Shown piece by piece: positions 1 to 13,140 of a stretch of 64,000 bases of DNA. The DNA is from Octopus vulgaris. Its lineage: Eukaryota. Both the position numbers and the translations under genes were made by a program. Position 1 is the first letter of the stretch. Each line of letters starts with the position of its first letter. The DNA lies in contig OX597824.1 of assembly GCA_951406725.2 (NCBI GenBank), positions 1,674,001-1,738,000 of the forward strand. The letters are read 5' to 3'. Under the pieces are notes generated by a model that saw nothing but the letters and a program-made list of their open reading frames with translations, ran no database searches and was not told the origin of the DNA.

Positions 1-416
1 TGAAGAATTTCTGCAAAATAAGGAAATTTTAAGAAAAAAAGGTGTGTTTCAGTTTTTACAGCTCTGCTATTAAAAATATCAAACTTCGTAGAATTAATAA
101 AAGAAATCGATATTAAAATTTTAAGAGTATGAGGCATGCATGATCAAAATCTCATTCCGGAAATTATTCGGTGAATAATATGGAAAATTACAAAAAAAGG
201 TATGTTTGTATATGTAAACAACCCCCTCTCTATTTGACTGTCTATCTATCGTTCCCACTCTCACCCACCGAATACATACATACATGCATACATACATGCA
301 TTCACAATCTAATATTGAATAAAGAAGGATTAATAAAAATAAATCAATACAAATTATGCAAGATGTTAAGTAGAGAGCTTTCTTCACACGCGCATGAAGA
401 TACGATCTATCTATTG

Positions 417-422
<6 letters not shown>

Positions 423-478
<56 letters not shown>
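423..478. repeat. (AAT)n microsatellite
   Basis: Perfect AAT run; source of the poly-N in ORF 171..563. Confidence 0.95.
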
Positions 479-481
<3 letters not shown>

Positions 482-491
482 TTCTTTCAAA

Positions 492-680
492 TTTTTGCAC
501 ATGACCAGCAATTTTGAGGAAGGTCACACGTTAATAGATATAGATATATGTACTTTGTTGTAATTTATTTTATCGATAACGAAATGATGGGGGCGGAGAG
601 ATTGACGTGGGCAGGATTTTGAACCCAGAATCTAAAGAGTCGGAAGAAGTGCCGCTTAGGGGTTTTTCTAAAGCCCTATA
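492..680 (-). mobile_element. Degenerate tRNA-derived SINE (family A)
   Basis: Collinear similarity to the better copies at 8253, 21451, 29501 and 41180 (tatttt-atcga...gatttgaacccagaa). Confidence 0.55.
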
Positions 681-1250
681 CTTTCACCCAAGACTTGGAA
701 GATGGCTAGTCAATCGCTCTTACAATATGTTGGATTTGAATCTTAGATGATAGACAAAAGTTATAACTTACTCTGCGCATCCAACTGGTTAAATGCATAT
801 GCGCCACGGCTCTTCCATCGACAACAAAGAGGTCATCTCAAAGAGGCAACTGTACATCATTGGCTTATAATTATAAATGGTTGTACAACAGCAACACCAC
901 TCAATGAGTTTCTTACTTTAGTACATGAAAGACGAAGTGAAATGACCTGTAATCACATAAAAACACAGGTCTTACTTCACAGAATCCGACTCCTAGAAGG
1001 AGGCTGAGACAACAAATAGGGATCCAACACTCACGGTATTTTTATTACAAAACCTGACACCAATGAAGAGCAATCATGCGTGCCTGGGTTCAAATGGATT
1101 ATCATTACATATGCTAGTTAACCCAAAAGAGGGATCCTAATTTGGGTGAGAGAAAACCTAGGAACAATAGAGGCAAAGGGATGCTCCCCACATCTCAAAC
1201 TGGAAGATATGAACCGTAACCTCACAACAGGACGCAGTTTAATGTCATAC
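672..1250 (+). pseudogene. Decayed coding relic; candidate viral L-protein PRNTase (HR motif) fragment, alternatively LINE APE
   Basis: One frame stays open over about 190 codons with only 4 stops: LLQYVGFES*MIDKSYNLL...APRLFHRQQRG...IFITKP...VPGFKW...RGILIWVRENL. Confidence 0.4.
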
Positions 1251-1583
1251 CTACATACCTACCTACCCACCTACCTACCTATATATATGTGTGTGTGTGT
1301 GTGTGCATGTATGTATATTTATGTAGTCATTGATTGAAATGCAACTTTCTTGAGGCTCCTATAAAGTTGTCCAGTATCGTAAGACCTACCTTCCAACATT
1401 GCCAAGAAAATAAATATACTGAAGTCTCTGGACACAAACAACTTTGATGATGCTTCACTAAATCAAGTGGCGGAAAGAATCATTTGAGCAGTATTACGTC
1501 AAGGTAAAAATAATATTCTCTGAGAACTCTTTATACATAAATAAATATACATACATGCATATATATGTGTGTTTGTAAGTGTA

Positions 1584-1616
<33 letters not shown>

Positions 1617-1642
1617 GACGTCTTATGGGAGGACTTGACACA

Positions 1643-1817
1643 TTCACTTATTGGCTTAGAGATACTTGAACTTCGTGCAGATATTGATATTAATTTTAGT
1701 CACTGGACACTTTGCTAAGGATATTATATACTTATTATGCAGGCCACTGAGTGGATATATAAGAAGTGCATAAGTACATTTAACCTTATGTAGATACCGA
1801 CATGTTCATAAATAAAC
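1643..1817 (+). pseudogene. Decayed coding relic, copy 1 of a diverged pair
   Basis: Aligns with 3551-3726; translates SLIGLEILELRADIDINF / LYTYYAGH*VDI*EVHKY. Confidence 0.55.
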
Positions 1818-2027
1818 GCCTCTTAGTACGTATGTCTTTAAAGCACGTAGAGAGAGGCGGAAACTGTAATCTATCTATCTGTCTGTCTATTTGTCTATCT
1901 ATCTATCTGTATGTCTATCTATCTATCTATCTATCTATCTATGTTTTTTTCATCCCCCAAAAGAAAAGCTCTACCTTGTAACTTGTCCCATCTGTGTGCA
2001 GCCCTGTGTGGCCAATAAATAAACTTA

Positions 2028-2056
2028 TCTATCTATGTATGTATGCATCTATCTAA

Positions 2057-2146
<90 letters not shown>
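2028..2146. repeat. (CTAT)n microsatellite
   Basis: Tetranucleotide run. Confidence 0.95.
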
Positions 2147-2207
2147 GCCTGCCTGCGTGCCTGGCTACCAGTCAGTTTGTGTGTCTGTCTGTCTGTCTGT
2201 CTGTCTC

Positions 2208-2238
<31 letters not shown>

Positions 2239-2629
2239 TATTATATATAGTCGTGTGCCTGTGCCGTAAGAAATGAAGGCATGAAAATGGGACAGAAAAT
2301 AAATTGAAAATTAACTGATTACCAGTTTTGTCTTAGTGATTGCTTCAACACCACATTTCTAATGAAAACCCTATCACGAAATGAGCTTCGTAAAACGTAG
2401 ACAAAATATTTTACCTGTGAAATGATTATTCTGAGTGTCCGCTATCCCTATTTTATAGAGAAACCTCTGCAGGCATATATAAATTAGAATGATGACTCGA
2501 ACATGATAGTATCAACAGTTTCTAACTAACCTCTCTTTTTAGTAATAATCCTGCTAATATTTCGTGATGAACATTTCCCTACATAACGATAAAATACATA
2601 TAAGCACACACCCGAACTGCGTTCGTATC

Positions 2630-2768
2630 ACAGCTTGTTTACCAACCACAAGGTTCCGGGTTCAGTCCCACTGCATGGCACCTTGGGCAAGTGTCTTCTA
2701 CTATAGCCTCGGGCCGACCAAAGCCTTGTGAGTGGATTTGGTAGACGGAAACTGAAAGAAGCCCCGTC

Positions 2769-2811
<43 letters not shown>

Positions 2812-3035
2812 TGTGTGTGTTTGTGTGTCTGTGTTTGTCCCCCTAGCATTGCTTGACAGCCGATGCTAATGTGTTTATGGTCCCCGTTACCTAGCGGTTC
2901 GGCAAAAGAGACCGATAGAATAAGCCCTGGGCTTACAAAAGATTAAATCCCGAGGTCAAGTTGCTCGATTAAAGGCGGTGCTCCAGCATGGCCGCAGTCA
3001 AATGACTGAAACAAGAAAAAGAGTAAAAAGGAGTA
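2630..3035 (+). mobile_element. tRNA-derived SINE (family B, octopus OK/OR-like) with internal (TA)n/(TG)n
   Basis: B-box-like ggttcagtccc, CORE-like caccttgggcaagtg, 3' tail gcggtgctccagcatggccgcagtc...gaaacaag; homologous copies at 41505 and 58769. Confidence 0.85.
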
Positions 3036-3550
3036 AAGAATATATATGTATACACACATATCTATTTATTAATCTGTTTGTGTATCTATCAGTCTATCTG
3101 TCCATCCATCCATCCATCCATCTATCTATCTATATGTCTCTCTATCCCTCGATCCCTCGATCCATCTATCTATCTATATATCTATCTATCTTTCTATCCG
3201 TCCGTCCGTCTGTCTGTCTGTCTATCCGTCCATCTATCCTTATATCCCTCTATATATCTATCTATGTATCCACCTATCTACCTATGCATGTGTAAGTGCG
3301 TATGTGTGTTTTTACATGTATGCTACCTGGTCTTATTAAAAGCAGTTTTTTTCTTCGACTTCTCTATATCGTAGAGGAAAACCACAATTATTCATTTAGC
3401 GTCTTTCATCCAACTGTGATGACAGCCAGGACCGTTTTAATTGCATTCCTTTGAAATTAGAATGGTAAACTGTACGAAAGTGAGAAATACTAACCCAAGA
3501 AACGTTATTGATACATATTGGTATCTGAAATAAGAAAAGTCTTAATAGAC

Positions 3551-3726
3551 TCACTTATTGGCTTAGCGATATTTGATCTGCATGCAAATACTGACATTAA
3601 TTTTTTCTCAAAGACCTCTTTACTGGGAACATTATTTACCTATTACGCTGGGCACCGAGAGGATATAAAATAAGTACATAAGTACATGTAACCTTGTGCA
3701 TTAAGTTACATGTCCATAAATAAACG
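3551..3726 (+). pseudogene. Decayed coding relic, copy 2 of a diverged pair
   Basis: Translates SLIGLAIFDLHANTDINF...LFTYYAGHREDIK*VHKY; many differences from copy 1 are synonymous. Confidence 0.55.
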
Positions 3727-3844
3727 TAATAGATGGATGTGTTCTGCAAATAAAACCATTTGTTATTCTCCATTACGGTTGGCCTATTTTCAAGGCGGGG
3801 TTGAACGAGTCCGACTTTATCGAGTGGCGAACTAAAAGCTTACA

Positions 3845-3914
3845 TATGTATGTATTTATGTATGTATGTATGTATGTATGTATGTATGTATGTATGTATG
3901 TATGTATGTATGTA

Positions 3915-3945
<31 letters not shown>

Positions 3946-4047
3946 GTGTGTGTATGTATGTGTGTATATATATATATATATGTACATATATGTGCGTGTA
4001 TATATATATAAATATATATACATACAGATATATGTATGTATATATAC

Positions 4048-4095
<48 letters not shown>

Positions 4096-4120
4096 GTGTG
4101 TGTGTATGTATATATATGTG

Positions 4121-4167
<47 letters not shown>

Positions 4168-4245
4168 TTAGGTATATATATGTAAGTGTTGCCTGTGCGT
4201 GCATGCATACAAAGGTACACACACACATACATATATATATATTAC
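3845..4245. repeat. Compound (TATG)n/(TG)n/(TA)n microsatellite
   Basis: Direct reading; explains the overlapping YI/CMYV ORFs. Confidence 0.95.
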
Positions 4246-4865
4246 AATCTGTCCTACACCCATCTTCACTCAATATCAATAGGATAGAAAATACGACTGA
4301 CCCTTTAATGAAGCAGACTTCATAAATATTTCATTCGTGTGAATGTGTATATGAAAATTATAGGCTAGAACAACAAAAGCAAAAAAACCTCAAAAACCTC
4401 TCACATTTCCCCTATTGGCAAGCATAAAATCTTGGAGATTTTTCCATCGCATCTACATTAATTTGTTCGCTGTGGTCACGAACTCTATAAGTTGCATGTT
4501 TTCAAGACAAATTAGTAACTCCTACTTCTATGAATAAAGCTGCCATAAAGTGAAGCAAAGTTATCCAAGGGTCGAGCTGCAGCACACATCCAATTTCCTG
4601 TTGCTCGTTCACACATATTTCAAATGGGTTTTACTTGGAAATCATACACTATAATCAGCATTTTTAGGTAAGTAAATCCGAAATACTTCTTTGATCTTGT
4701 GCGGTGTTCCACGTATCAATTAAGAGAAGTGATTAGAGTGAATCTACATCTCACAAACAGTATCTTTCACCGTAATTTAGATGTTGAATAACTAATAAAA
4801 ACTATGGTTGTGTTTGTTTCTCTTCTAAATAAATATGTCGTATTTGTAATAAACATATATATGTA

Positions 4866-4909
<44 letters not shown>

Positions 4910-6072
4910 ACGCCCTCGCGTTGTTGGTTTTGCGTTTGTTATTTTTGAGGATTTATATGTGTGTGTGTGTGTTTATAATGCAATATATGAATGTATGGAC
5001 CTACGTGCGAACACAAACATTCGGGCAAAAAGATAATCTATTTGATAGCACTTGATTTTGAGATCCACACATAAAATGCCTTTGTGTCTGTTTTTTAATG
5101 TGTGCGTGCATGCGTGCGTGTGTCTGCACATGTATGTGACACCTGCAAACACATGGGCCTCTCTCCCTACGTCAAACATTCCTCTCACCTGGACAACAAC
5201 AACAATGTCTGTAGCCATTCTGCTCTGCCACATTGCATTTATCCTTGATTTCAGAATACCCGCTGTCTTTAAATAAATGCACCGCTTAGTTGCCTGCTTG
5301 CCCATACTGAGACGATTTCCCCTGTAAAAACCGAATCATTCTCATTTCCCAATCTCTACACGAACCATTCTTGACAAACACGTATTGCTTACTAATATAC
5401 AGACAGAGCAAATACATTTTATCTATGTTTTTTCATTTCTAAACCCACCTCTATATGATCGCAACTGTCTTTGCAATTATCTGTCCGTTTGACACCACAT
5501 TTTCTCTATATCCTTACGCTACAAAATTCTCCTCATTTCTCTGGTCGTAAATCACTTCAAACTGGCTGATTGGTTCAATCTGTGCAGCTGTAATTTGCAT
5601 GGTAAATATCAGAAAAACCTTTGAGGTCATCATAAATGAATGCTCACAGCATACGCACAGAAATCGAATGAAATATAGTAAGTCTTATATATTATTTCCA
5701 TTATGATTTCTGCAATGTTGCATTGCTCGCAGTCTTCACACACCAAAGTTCAAACAAGCTACAAATAACATAAAATAGTAAATTTGTTTCAAAAGAAGAT
5801 TTAAAGGGACTATTTTCACAGACAGCTAAAGAATGAAAATGTATTTGTTAAAACGAAGACTAGCAGTACATGAAACGCAAGCATACAACCAAGCGTGCCC
5901 ACCTCAGTTGCGGTCTAAAATTAAATGGAATAAAATAAAATGAAATCAAATAAAACAAAATAATAAAGATGAAACTCAGATAAAACTAGAAAACTGCAAC
6001 TCAGTCTTCAGAACCCTAACTACTCCACTCTTACTCGCTCAGATACATATAGACATCACACACACACATACA

Positions 6073-6135
<63 letters not shown>

Positions 6136-8252
6136 CATTGATATATCTAAATGAAGATTAAGCGTTAATGCATTTCTTCTTCACGGAACTTTGAATACCG
6201 CTACGTGTGCAAAGCAGTTGCATATAGGGACACAGATGCTGAACATCCTAGAAATAGCAGGTGATTTAACTCTGGTTGCCTTCAAAAGTATAGAAAGCTG
6301 AACATCACATTGGACACTTTCAACACAGGTTTGTTGGATTACAGGTGAGGTATGGATAAAGACAGACAACTGAAATATAAGGACAGATTGGAATGTGGAG
6401 AAACTGAAATATGTTGGATTTCATGCCTGTATCGGGGAATCTAGTTTAGCCCTAAAGGAGATAGAGATAATATATCTTGTACACTGCATGATAGAATCAT
6501 AGTTATTAAGTTAATGGTGCATCAGGATTGACTGGATTACACATCAAACCATCCTCAACACCACCACCACCAACAACAACAACAACAACAGCAACAAAAT
6601 ATATATGTGGATGAATCAGATGGCTAAACATATAAGATTTCTATTGACAACAACAAAGTATTCTGCAACACCAAACGCATTTCGGAAAGCCTGGAAGGGC
6701 AATGAGGAATCGCTTTTATTTCGTATGAAATTGATGCAATCAGACAGAACATTTTCTTTTGCTGAAATCGATTTTCTTTTGTTTCAAATTGGTTCTCTTT
6801 TATCAAATATTGTAGATACACAATAAAATTTGTGTGTACACATCAACGGTTACTCAGAAATCATCCGATAAAATTGACTATAATTATTTTTGCGCAATTT
6901 CTTCGATTAATGTTTTTCCTCCAGAAAATATTACATGTAAGATTTCATTAAAATTCCTCATTAACTTCATTATTAATAGATACTGAAATTTACATTTAAA
7001 ATCAGCAGCTATAAAACACAATTTATACAATACATATGACACAAAACAAAAAAGAAGAAATCTGATAAAGAAACGTTGAATACAGGAGAACAGAAGCGAA
7101 ACTCTAAACAAACTAAAAGAAAAATAAATGAAACTTAATATAAAAACAAAAGCTAAAAGAAAATTGAGAAAATTGAGAAAAGCGAACAGACTGACATTAA
7201 AAAATAAAATATGATTGATGTACGTTACGTGTTTTCTTTCTGAAAACTTATAAGCCTCGTTTTATTTATGTATTACATAACGGCAAAACTTAAAATTTAT
7301 CGCTAAATAACCTTACAAGTGTTTCTCCTGCAATGTTAGATTCTTTGAAACGATTTAATCATTGAAATGATTAAATCTTTTTCTGCGTCTCTCAAGGGAT
7401 ACATATATGTGCGTATGTATGTGCGTATGTATGTATGTATGTATGTATGTATGTATGTATGTATGTATGTATGCATGCATGTATGTATGTGCGTATGTAT
7501 GTCTATAATTATCTATGTGCGTGCATATAAATATGAATATACATATACATCTATATACATGTGGCGGAGGTGTGTGTGTGTGCGTGTGTGTGTATGTGTG
7601 TGTGTATGTATTTTGTAAGTATGCATGCAGAAGCATAAGTGTCGTGAGCCCATATGGATAACTGTGTTATGCAGAGACTGAATCTAATTTGGTGTATCAA
7701 ATATTCAGATCTCGACTTAAGCCTAAATTAATTTAATGAACTGATTAAGCATATCAGAATATGCAAATAAATTCATACATCTGAATCCCCTTCAACACTG
7801 AATACATAATTTCGAACCAATTTATTCAGATACGTATATCATCCACAAATGGGAAAACTAATAATACTTTGCAATGCAAGAACACCAGAAATCCATTAAC
7901 GATAAATCACTTTGATTAGGTTACAATATGCTACCACAGCTTCAATTCTTCAAAGCAAATTGCAATTTATTCGCATATGCGGGGGAAACTCAAAATGTCT
8001 TTACGGCCTGGGAATAAAACCTCGTAAAGGAAAATATTGATTTGATAAAGAAGAAAATAATTTTGCACATATCAAAATATGAGATTGCCAAACCACAATT
8101 AACCAACCAGCAAGAAATTATTTACACACTTTATATGTGTTGATTTGGTGGTATACAATCAGATCAGCAATTCTTTACAAATGGCTGAGGCGAGAGATTT
8201 TAGCGAGATTTTAGCAACATTTTAATCTGGAATTTCCAAGAGAGAAAAATAT

Positions 8253-8465
8253 TGGTTTAAAATTTTAGCACAAGGTTTGCAATTTCGGGGGAGGTGTAAG
8301 TCGATTACATCGACCCCACGGCTCAACTGGTGCTTATTTTATCGGCACCGAAATTATGAAAGGCATAATCGACCTCAGCAGAATTTAAACTCGGAATCTA
8401 AAACCGAGCGAAATGCTGCTCAGCGTTTTACCCATCGGGCTAATAATTCTGACGGCTCGCCATCT
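8253..8465 (-). mobile_element. tRNA-derived SINE (family A, Deu/Nin-like central domain)
   Basis: Minus strand: A-box-like head, gagtttaaattc B-box, gcctttcat...gataaaataagcaccagttgag core. Confidence 0.8.
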
Positions 8466-8745
8466 TACAAGAGAGAAAATACGAACACTGCGAAAAGGTG
8501 AATAACATATTGAGGTATTCTTGAGTTAAATTATACAAAACATATTTAAAGATCATTGGAAATAAATGATGGACAAAACTGGAAAAGTTTTTCAAGAATA
8601 TAAATACTTATAAAATTTTAATAAGAAACAAATGAGAAAATATTGAAATAGTTGATAAAAGAATACTAAAATTCAAAAGATATTTAAATATAGGTTTGGA
8701 TATTTAAATGTGGTTAAGAAGCTCTTGTTTTCCGGTTTAGTTCCA

Positions 8746-8905
8746 CGCCCGGATCTGGCCGACGAGATCGCTTACGAGCGGCGGCGTTCCGTGCCGTTGT
8801 TGGCGCATTCTCTGATGGTCCGGAGAAGACGACCGAACCCGATCGCTTAGAGGATGTAAAAGTCGTAACAAGGTTTCCATAGATGAACCTGTGGAAGGAT
8901 CATTA
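8746..8905 (+). rRNA. 18S rRNA 3'-end pseudogene fragment (followed by about 50 bp of ITS1-like sequence)
   Basis: gaggatgtaaaagtcgtaacaaggtttccatagatgaacctgtggaaggatcatta matches the universal 18S 3' end with 4 substitutions; GC-rich V9-like segment upstream. Confidence 0.92.
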
Positions 8906-9483
8906 CAACCCGATCACCCGCTTCTCTGGCTGGACCCACGCCAAGTAACGCCTCGATAAAAGATATTTACACAAAGTTGTAAAAGAAAGAAAAGATTACA
9001 TCTATGCATCCATATCATTCAATGAACAGTGTTAAACGTCCAATCTTGCTTCGTATAATGAAGATATGATTATCTCCCTCGTCAAAGCTGTTACCGTCAG
9101 AGGGACCACATGCTTAAAGTCATTATTTTATTGATCCAACGTAGGCAGCAGAATCCCAATTAAAAGCAAAAGGAAACCAGCAGTTAATAAACGGGTCTCG
9201 AATCAATCATCCAACTGATCCAAGCAATGTACGATTCCAACCTTTACCATTTTCAAACAACGTTATATCATGAAGTACGAAACATGTCCTCAAATAGCAT
9301 AATTATGGCTATAAAGCAGTTAATAAGCAGCCTGCTACTACGTATTAATAAAGGCTACACGAGGTAGAGTTGCCGAGTTTGAAGGAAAGCATGGATTACT
9401 TAGTGAGTGACACATCAAAGATAATGCTTATAGTATTTCCTAGAGAAGTTTTGCTATAACGAGTGATTCATATCCACCCACCC

Positions 9484-9606
<123 letters not shown>

Positions 9607-10065
9607 TATCCGTCTGTCTATCTATCTGTTCGTATGTCTATCTGTCCGTCCGGACAGACATATACAATTATATATGTGTGTGTATATGTACATATATATA
9701 TATATTGATTGATTGATAGATAGATATAAACACGCTCACACAAACACGACATTCACCTTGGAGTATCCTTGAAACTTAAAGAATTCGAAGTTCCATTGGA
9801 GTAAACGTGATACTCTCATTAAACTCAAAGTTAATCAATAATTAGTCATAAAAACTTCATAATCAACTAAGCAAAGCGACAGAAAGTGTGTAATCAGGTT
9901 AATGGTATTCTCCAGTTTAGAATCGACATTAAGAATCTAATAAATATAATATTTCAAATATTCTACTTTGACATGTAATTCTATGCCGACCGGAAGTATA
10001 CTGTAATTTATCCATCTATGTTGACAAATGTGGTAATCAATCAAATTATTCGACTTCCATCTTCA

Positions 10066-10283
10066 AACTGGCAGAGTCGTTAGGAACGCGGTGAAAAAAA
10101 AAAAAAAAAAAAATGGTTTGTCTCCTTTCTTTTGGTTCTTTATGTTGTAAGAGTTCAAATCCTGCCGCGGCCAATTTTGCTTTTCATTCTTTCCAGGTCG
10201 ATAAAATATAAGAGTAGTGAGTCGCTGAAAATCAACTAATGATCCTTTTTCAAATCTGCCGACTTTGTGCATAAATCAAAAAC
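10066..10283 (+). mobile_element. SINE family A, degenerate copy
   Basis: tggcagagtcgttag A-box, gagttcaaatcc B-box, ttttcattctttccaggtcgataaaat core. Confidence 0.7.
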
Positions 10284-11433
10284 ATCCTCCTCCTCCTCCT
10301 CCCCCCATCTTTTCAAAAGTTTCCAGTGTGTACTATAATAGCTTCTGAGTTCATGTAGTCTTCTCAGTAGTACATTTGTAATGCGTTGGTGTCATGTTTG
10401 GTTGGTGTACGAGCTTTTTATCGTTTCATTTTACTATTTTCTATTTCAGCTGATAAGATAAATACAATATAAATTGCTTTTTGATTTTGTTCGTTGGTGA
10501 TTTGTTTTCACATATTTATATAGATTGATTGAGTAGTGTTATGAGTTATATTCTTCAGTGTATCATGTGTGGATACTTTGGGATGGATTATATCACGTCT
10601 TTACTTCACTGGGTTTCTAACCCCCAATGGATCCTTAAGGGTGACACCGTAATGCCATCTAGGGGTTGATAGCGAGAGCGAGTTTTCTAATTCTACGTCA
10701 AAAAACTGCCATTTATTTCAATAGATAAGAGAAGGTTAGAATGAGTCGTCTCCAATATTGTTCTGATAAATTGCTTACCGTTCTCCAAATCAGAATAGCA
10801 AGGGTAATTAATTTCTTCTGCATTTGATACGGGAACTCGGGTAATGAAAGCGATCGTTAGCAGCCGTTCAACCTGACATTCTACCTACAGACCTCATTTG
10901 AGTTCCATGACAGTTGAGATTTGTGTGAAAGGCTATAACTGTTGTTGCGGTTGTTTTACCTGTTGTTTTCTTTTCGTTTACATTCTAACCAAAGAACACC
11001 GACTGCTTTTTTATTTCTTTGTCTTATCTCTAAGACTTAAAATGTTTTTCCATGCATTTAACCCCATCATATAATCGCCACCATCTCTGGTAACTCCCGA
11101 GTGAAAGCCAGTTGAAATCGTGTCGAAATTGCCTTCAGTCAAAAACTGATGAAAAGCAATACTTTCCATTCTTGTACATTGTCCTTCGCGTTTGACCTCT
11201 TGTTTATGCTTAACTTTTCCTTTGTATATGTGTAACCACACACACACGTATGTGTGTGTGCGCGTTTTTTGTGAGTGTGTGTGTGTGCATGTACTTATAC
11301 ACACATGTATGTGCATGTGAGGCATCGACCGAACTTGTTTAAAATTGTACGACCAGAGCCGACTCGAAAAGTTCATACAGAAATTTTGAAACTGATGCTA
11401 TCAACTCTTTCATGTCCGTAACATATGTTGTTC

Positions 11434-11509
<76 letters not shown>

Positions 11510-12129
11510 ATATGTATATATACACATATATATATATATGCACATGAATTGAAATCTAAGATAGAATGCTGGGTGATGAGGGAATCAACAAGACTGATAC
11601 ATTGCTCTTTTGCAGAATTTATTTCTCGACCCGTTTCCCTAGTTTTTATGTGCTTAAATGTAAGATCTTCAGCATACATCTAACTAGTTTGGGAAGACAT
11701 GCGCACATCATAAATGCAGACCGTTACCATGGAGTAGAAAGAACAAATATAAAGACAAACACAAAACCAATCGTGTTTCACATTCATAACAGGTTCGTTT
11801 TCTTTCAATCATTTGGAGCTGATCGATATGTACTAAAGACTATACAAACTTATAAACAAAGACTTATATCCTTTGAATTATCTATCCTTTGCAGGGTAAA
11901 TTATTAATTCATAATCTATATCAATCAGGGTCAATAATGTTGTTAGTAAACCCGAGGTCCTTGTTATCAGATAAAGGCCTAACAGAGTTACTTCATTGGG
12001 AATCATCCTAGCTACAGGTTACTGAGCGCTCTTTGACTCTCTTGTCTGCTTCTTCATCATTTAGGACCACGTTTCATTGTTACGATAATTCAACCTTACA
12101 ACTATGTAGGCACTCATTGCCACAGCTCG

Positions 12130-12244
12130 TTACTGCTACTGCTCCTGCTGCTACTACTACTACTACTGCTGCATTTACTAATACTACTAATAATGCTACT
12201 GCTGCTGCTGTTACTAACACTACTATTAATGCTACTGCTGCTGC

Positions 12245-12279
<35 letters not shown>

Positions 12280-12458
12280 TTACTACTGCTGCTTCATTTA
12301 CTAATACTACTATTACTGCTACTGCTGCTACTACTACTACTACTACTACTGCTGCTGCTACTAATACTACTATTGCTGCTACTGCTGCTGCTGCCACTAC
12401 TATTAAAGCTACTGCTGCTACTACTACTACAACTACTACTACTGCTGCTGCTGCTGCA
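12130..12458. repeat. Compound (ACT)n/(GCT)n trinucleotide repeat with higher-order units
   Basis: Direct reading; produces the poly-T/A, poly-L and poly-V ORFs. Confidence 0.9.
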
Positions 12459-12662
12459 TCATAAGTAAATGAACAATCCCAGACAAACATTTAAACAGGG
12501 AGAAATGTCTTCAGCTTTCTTAAGTACCCGTATATAAACAAGGTTTACAAGGTTTAATTGATGCAGCCTAAGTAGTGTTTTGCATCGATCAGCTGACGAT
12601 GAATTCGTCTTTCAATGTGTTTTACTCATTCATGCTTCACTCTGTGTGTGCGCGCGTGTGTA

Positions 12663-12710
<48 letters not shown>

Positions 12711-12712
<2 letters not shown>

Positions 12713-13066
12713 CTAGCAGTATCGCCCGGCGTTGCTCAGGTTTGTAAGGGAAATAACTATAAAGCATTTTTAGAGAGTTATACCCAAAAAATAGCAAAAA
12801 AATGATGGTAAATTTTTTTTAGTTAAAAAAGGTGGAGTTGCGTCCCCTAGACAGTTTGCGGTTTGCGTTCCTGATTCTCGACCCCATATCGAATTTATCG
12901 ATTTTTTTCAGAACTGGGGGAACTTTTCAAAATTTTCGCTGCGTTAGTTTTGAATTATGACATTGGGCTATGTGTGTGTCAAGTTTCATCAGAATCGGTT
13001 GAAAGCCGTGGTCAGGGTGAGAGTACAAGCAAACAGACACACAGAAACACGCACAGACAAACTGCC

Positions 13067-13075
<9 letters not shown>
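12711..13075 (+). mobile_element. Non-autonomous Helentron-associated element (DINE-1/Lep1-like HINE)
   Basis: 5' tactagcagtatcgcccggcgttgctcaggt hairpin, 3' aagtttcatcagaatcggttgaaagccg stem-loop, (caga/caca) tract then tttatata, within (TA)n. Confidence 0.7.
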
Positions 13076-13110
<35 letters not shown>

Positions 13111-13140
13111 GTAGGTATGTGTGTGTATACATCATGTTCT

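Noticed and set aside
3555-3743. Apparent 189-bp minus-strand exon (ttttatttgcag ... gtgagt)
   Set aside because: All three minus frames contain stops; the synonymous pattern points to the plus strand instead
5150-5520. Minus-strand YRGGF string suggesting RdRp motif B
   Set aside because: No GG.EG..QK or GDN follows; fits a decayed LINE endonuclease equally poorly
11030-11220. Possible Tc1 catalytic-domain remnant (and possible hAT remnant at 50990-51240)
   Set aside because: Only faint motif resemblance; not supportable by eye
12033-12490. Mucin/antifreeze-like Thr/Ala-rich ORF
   Set aside because: Trinucleotide repeat open in several frames on both strands; no unique coding flanks
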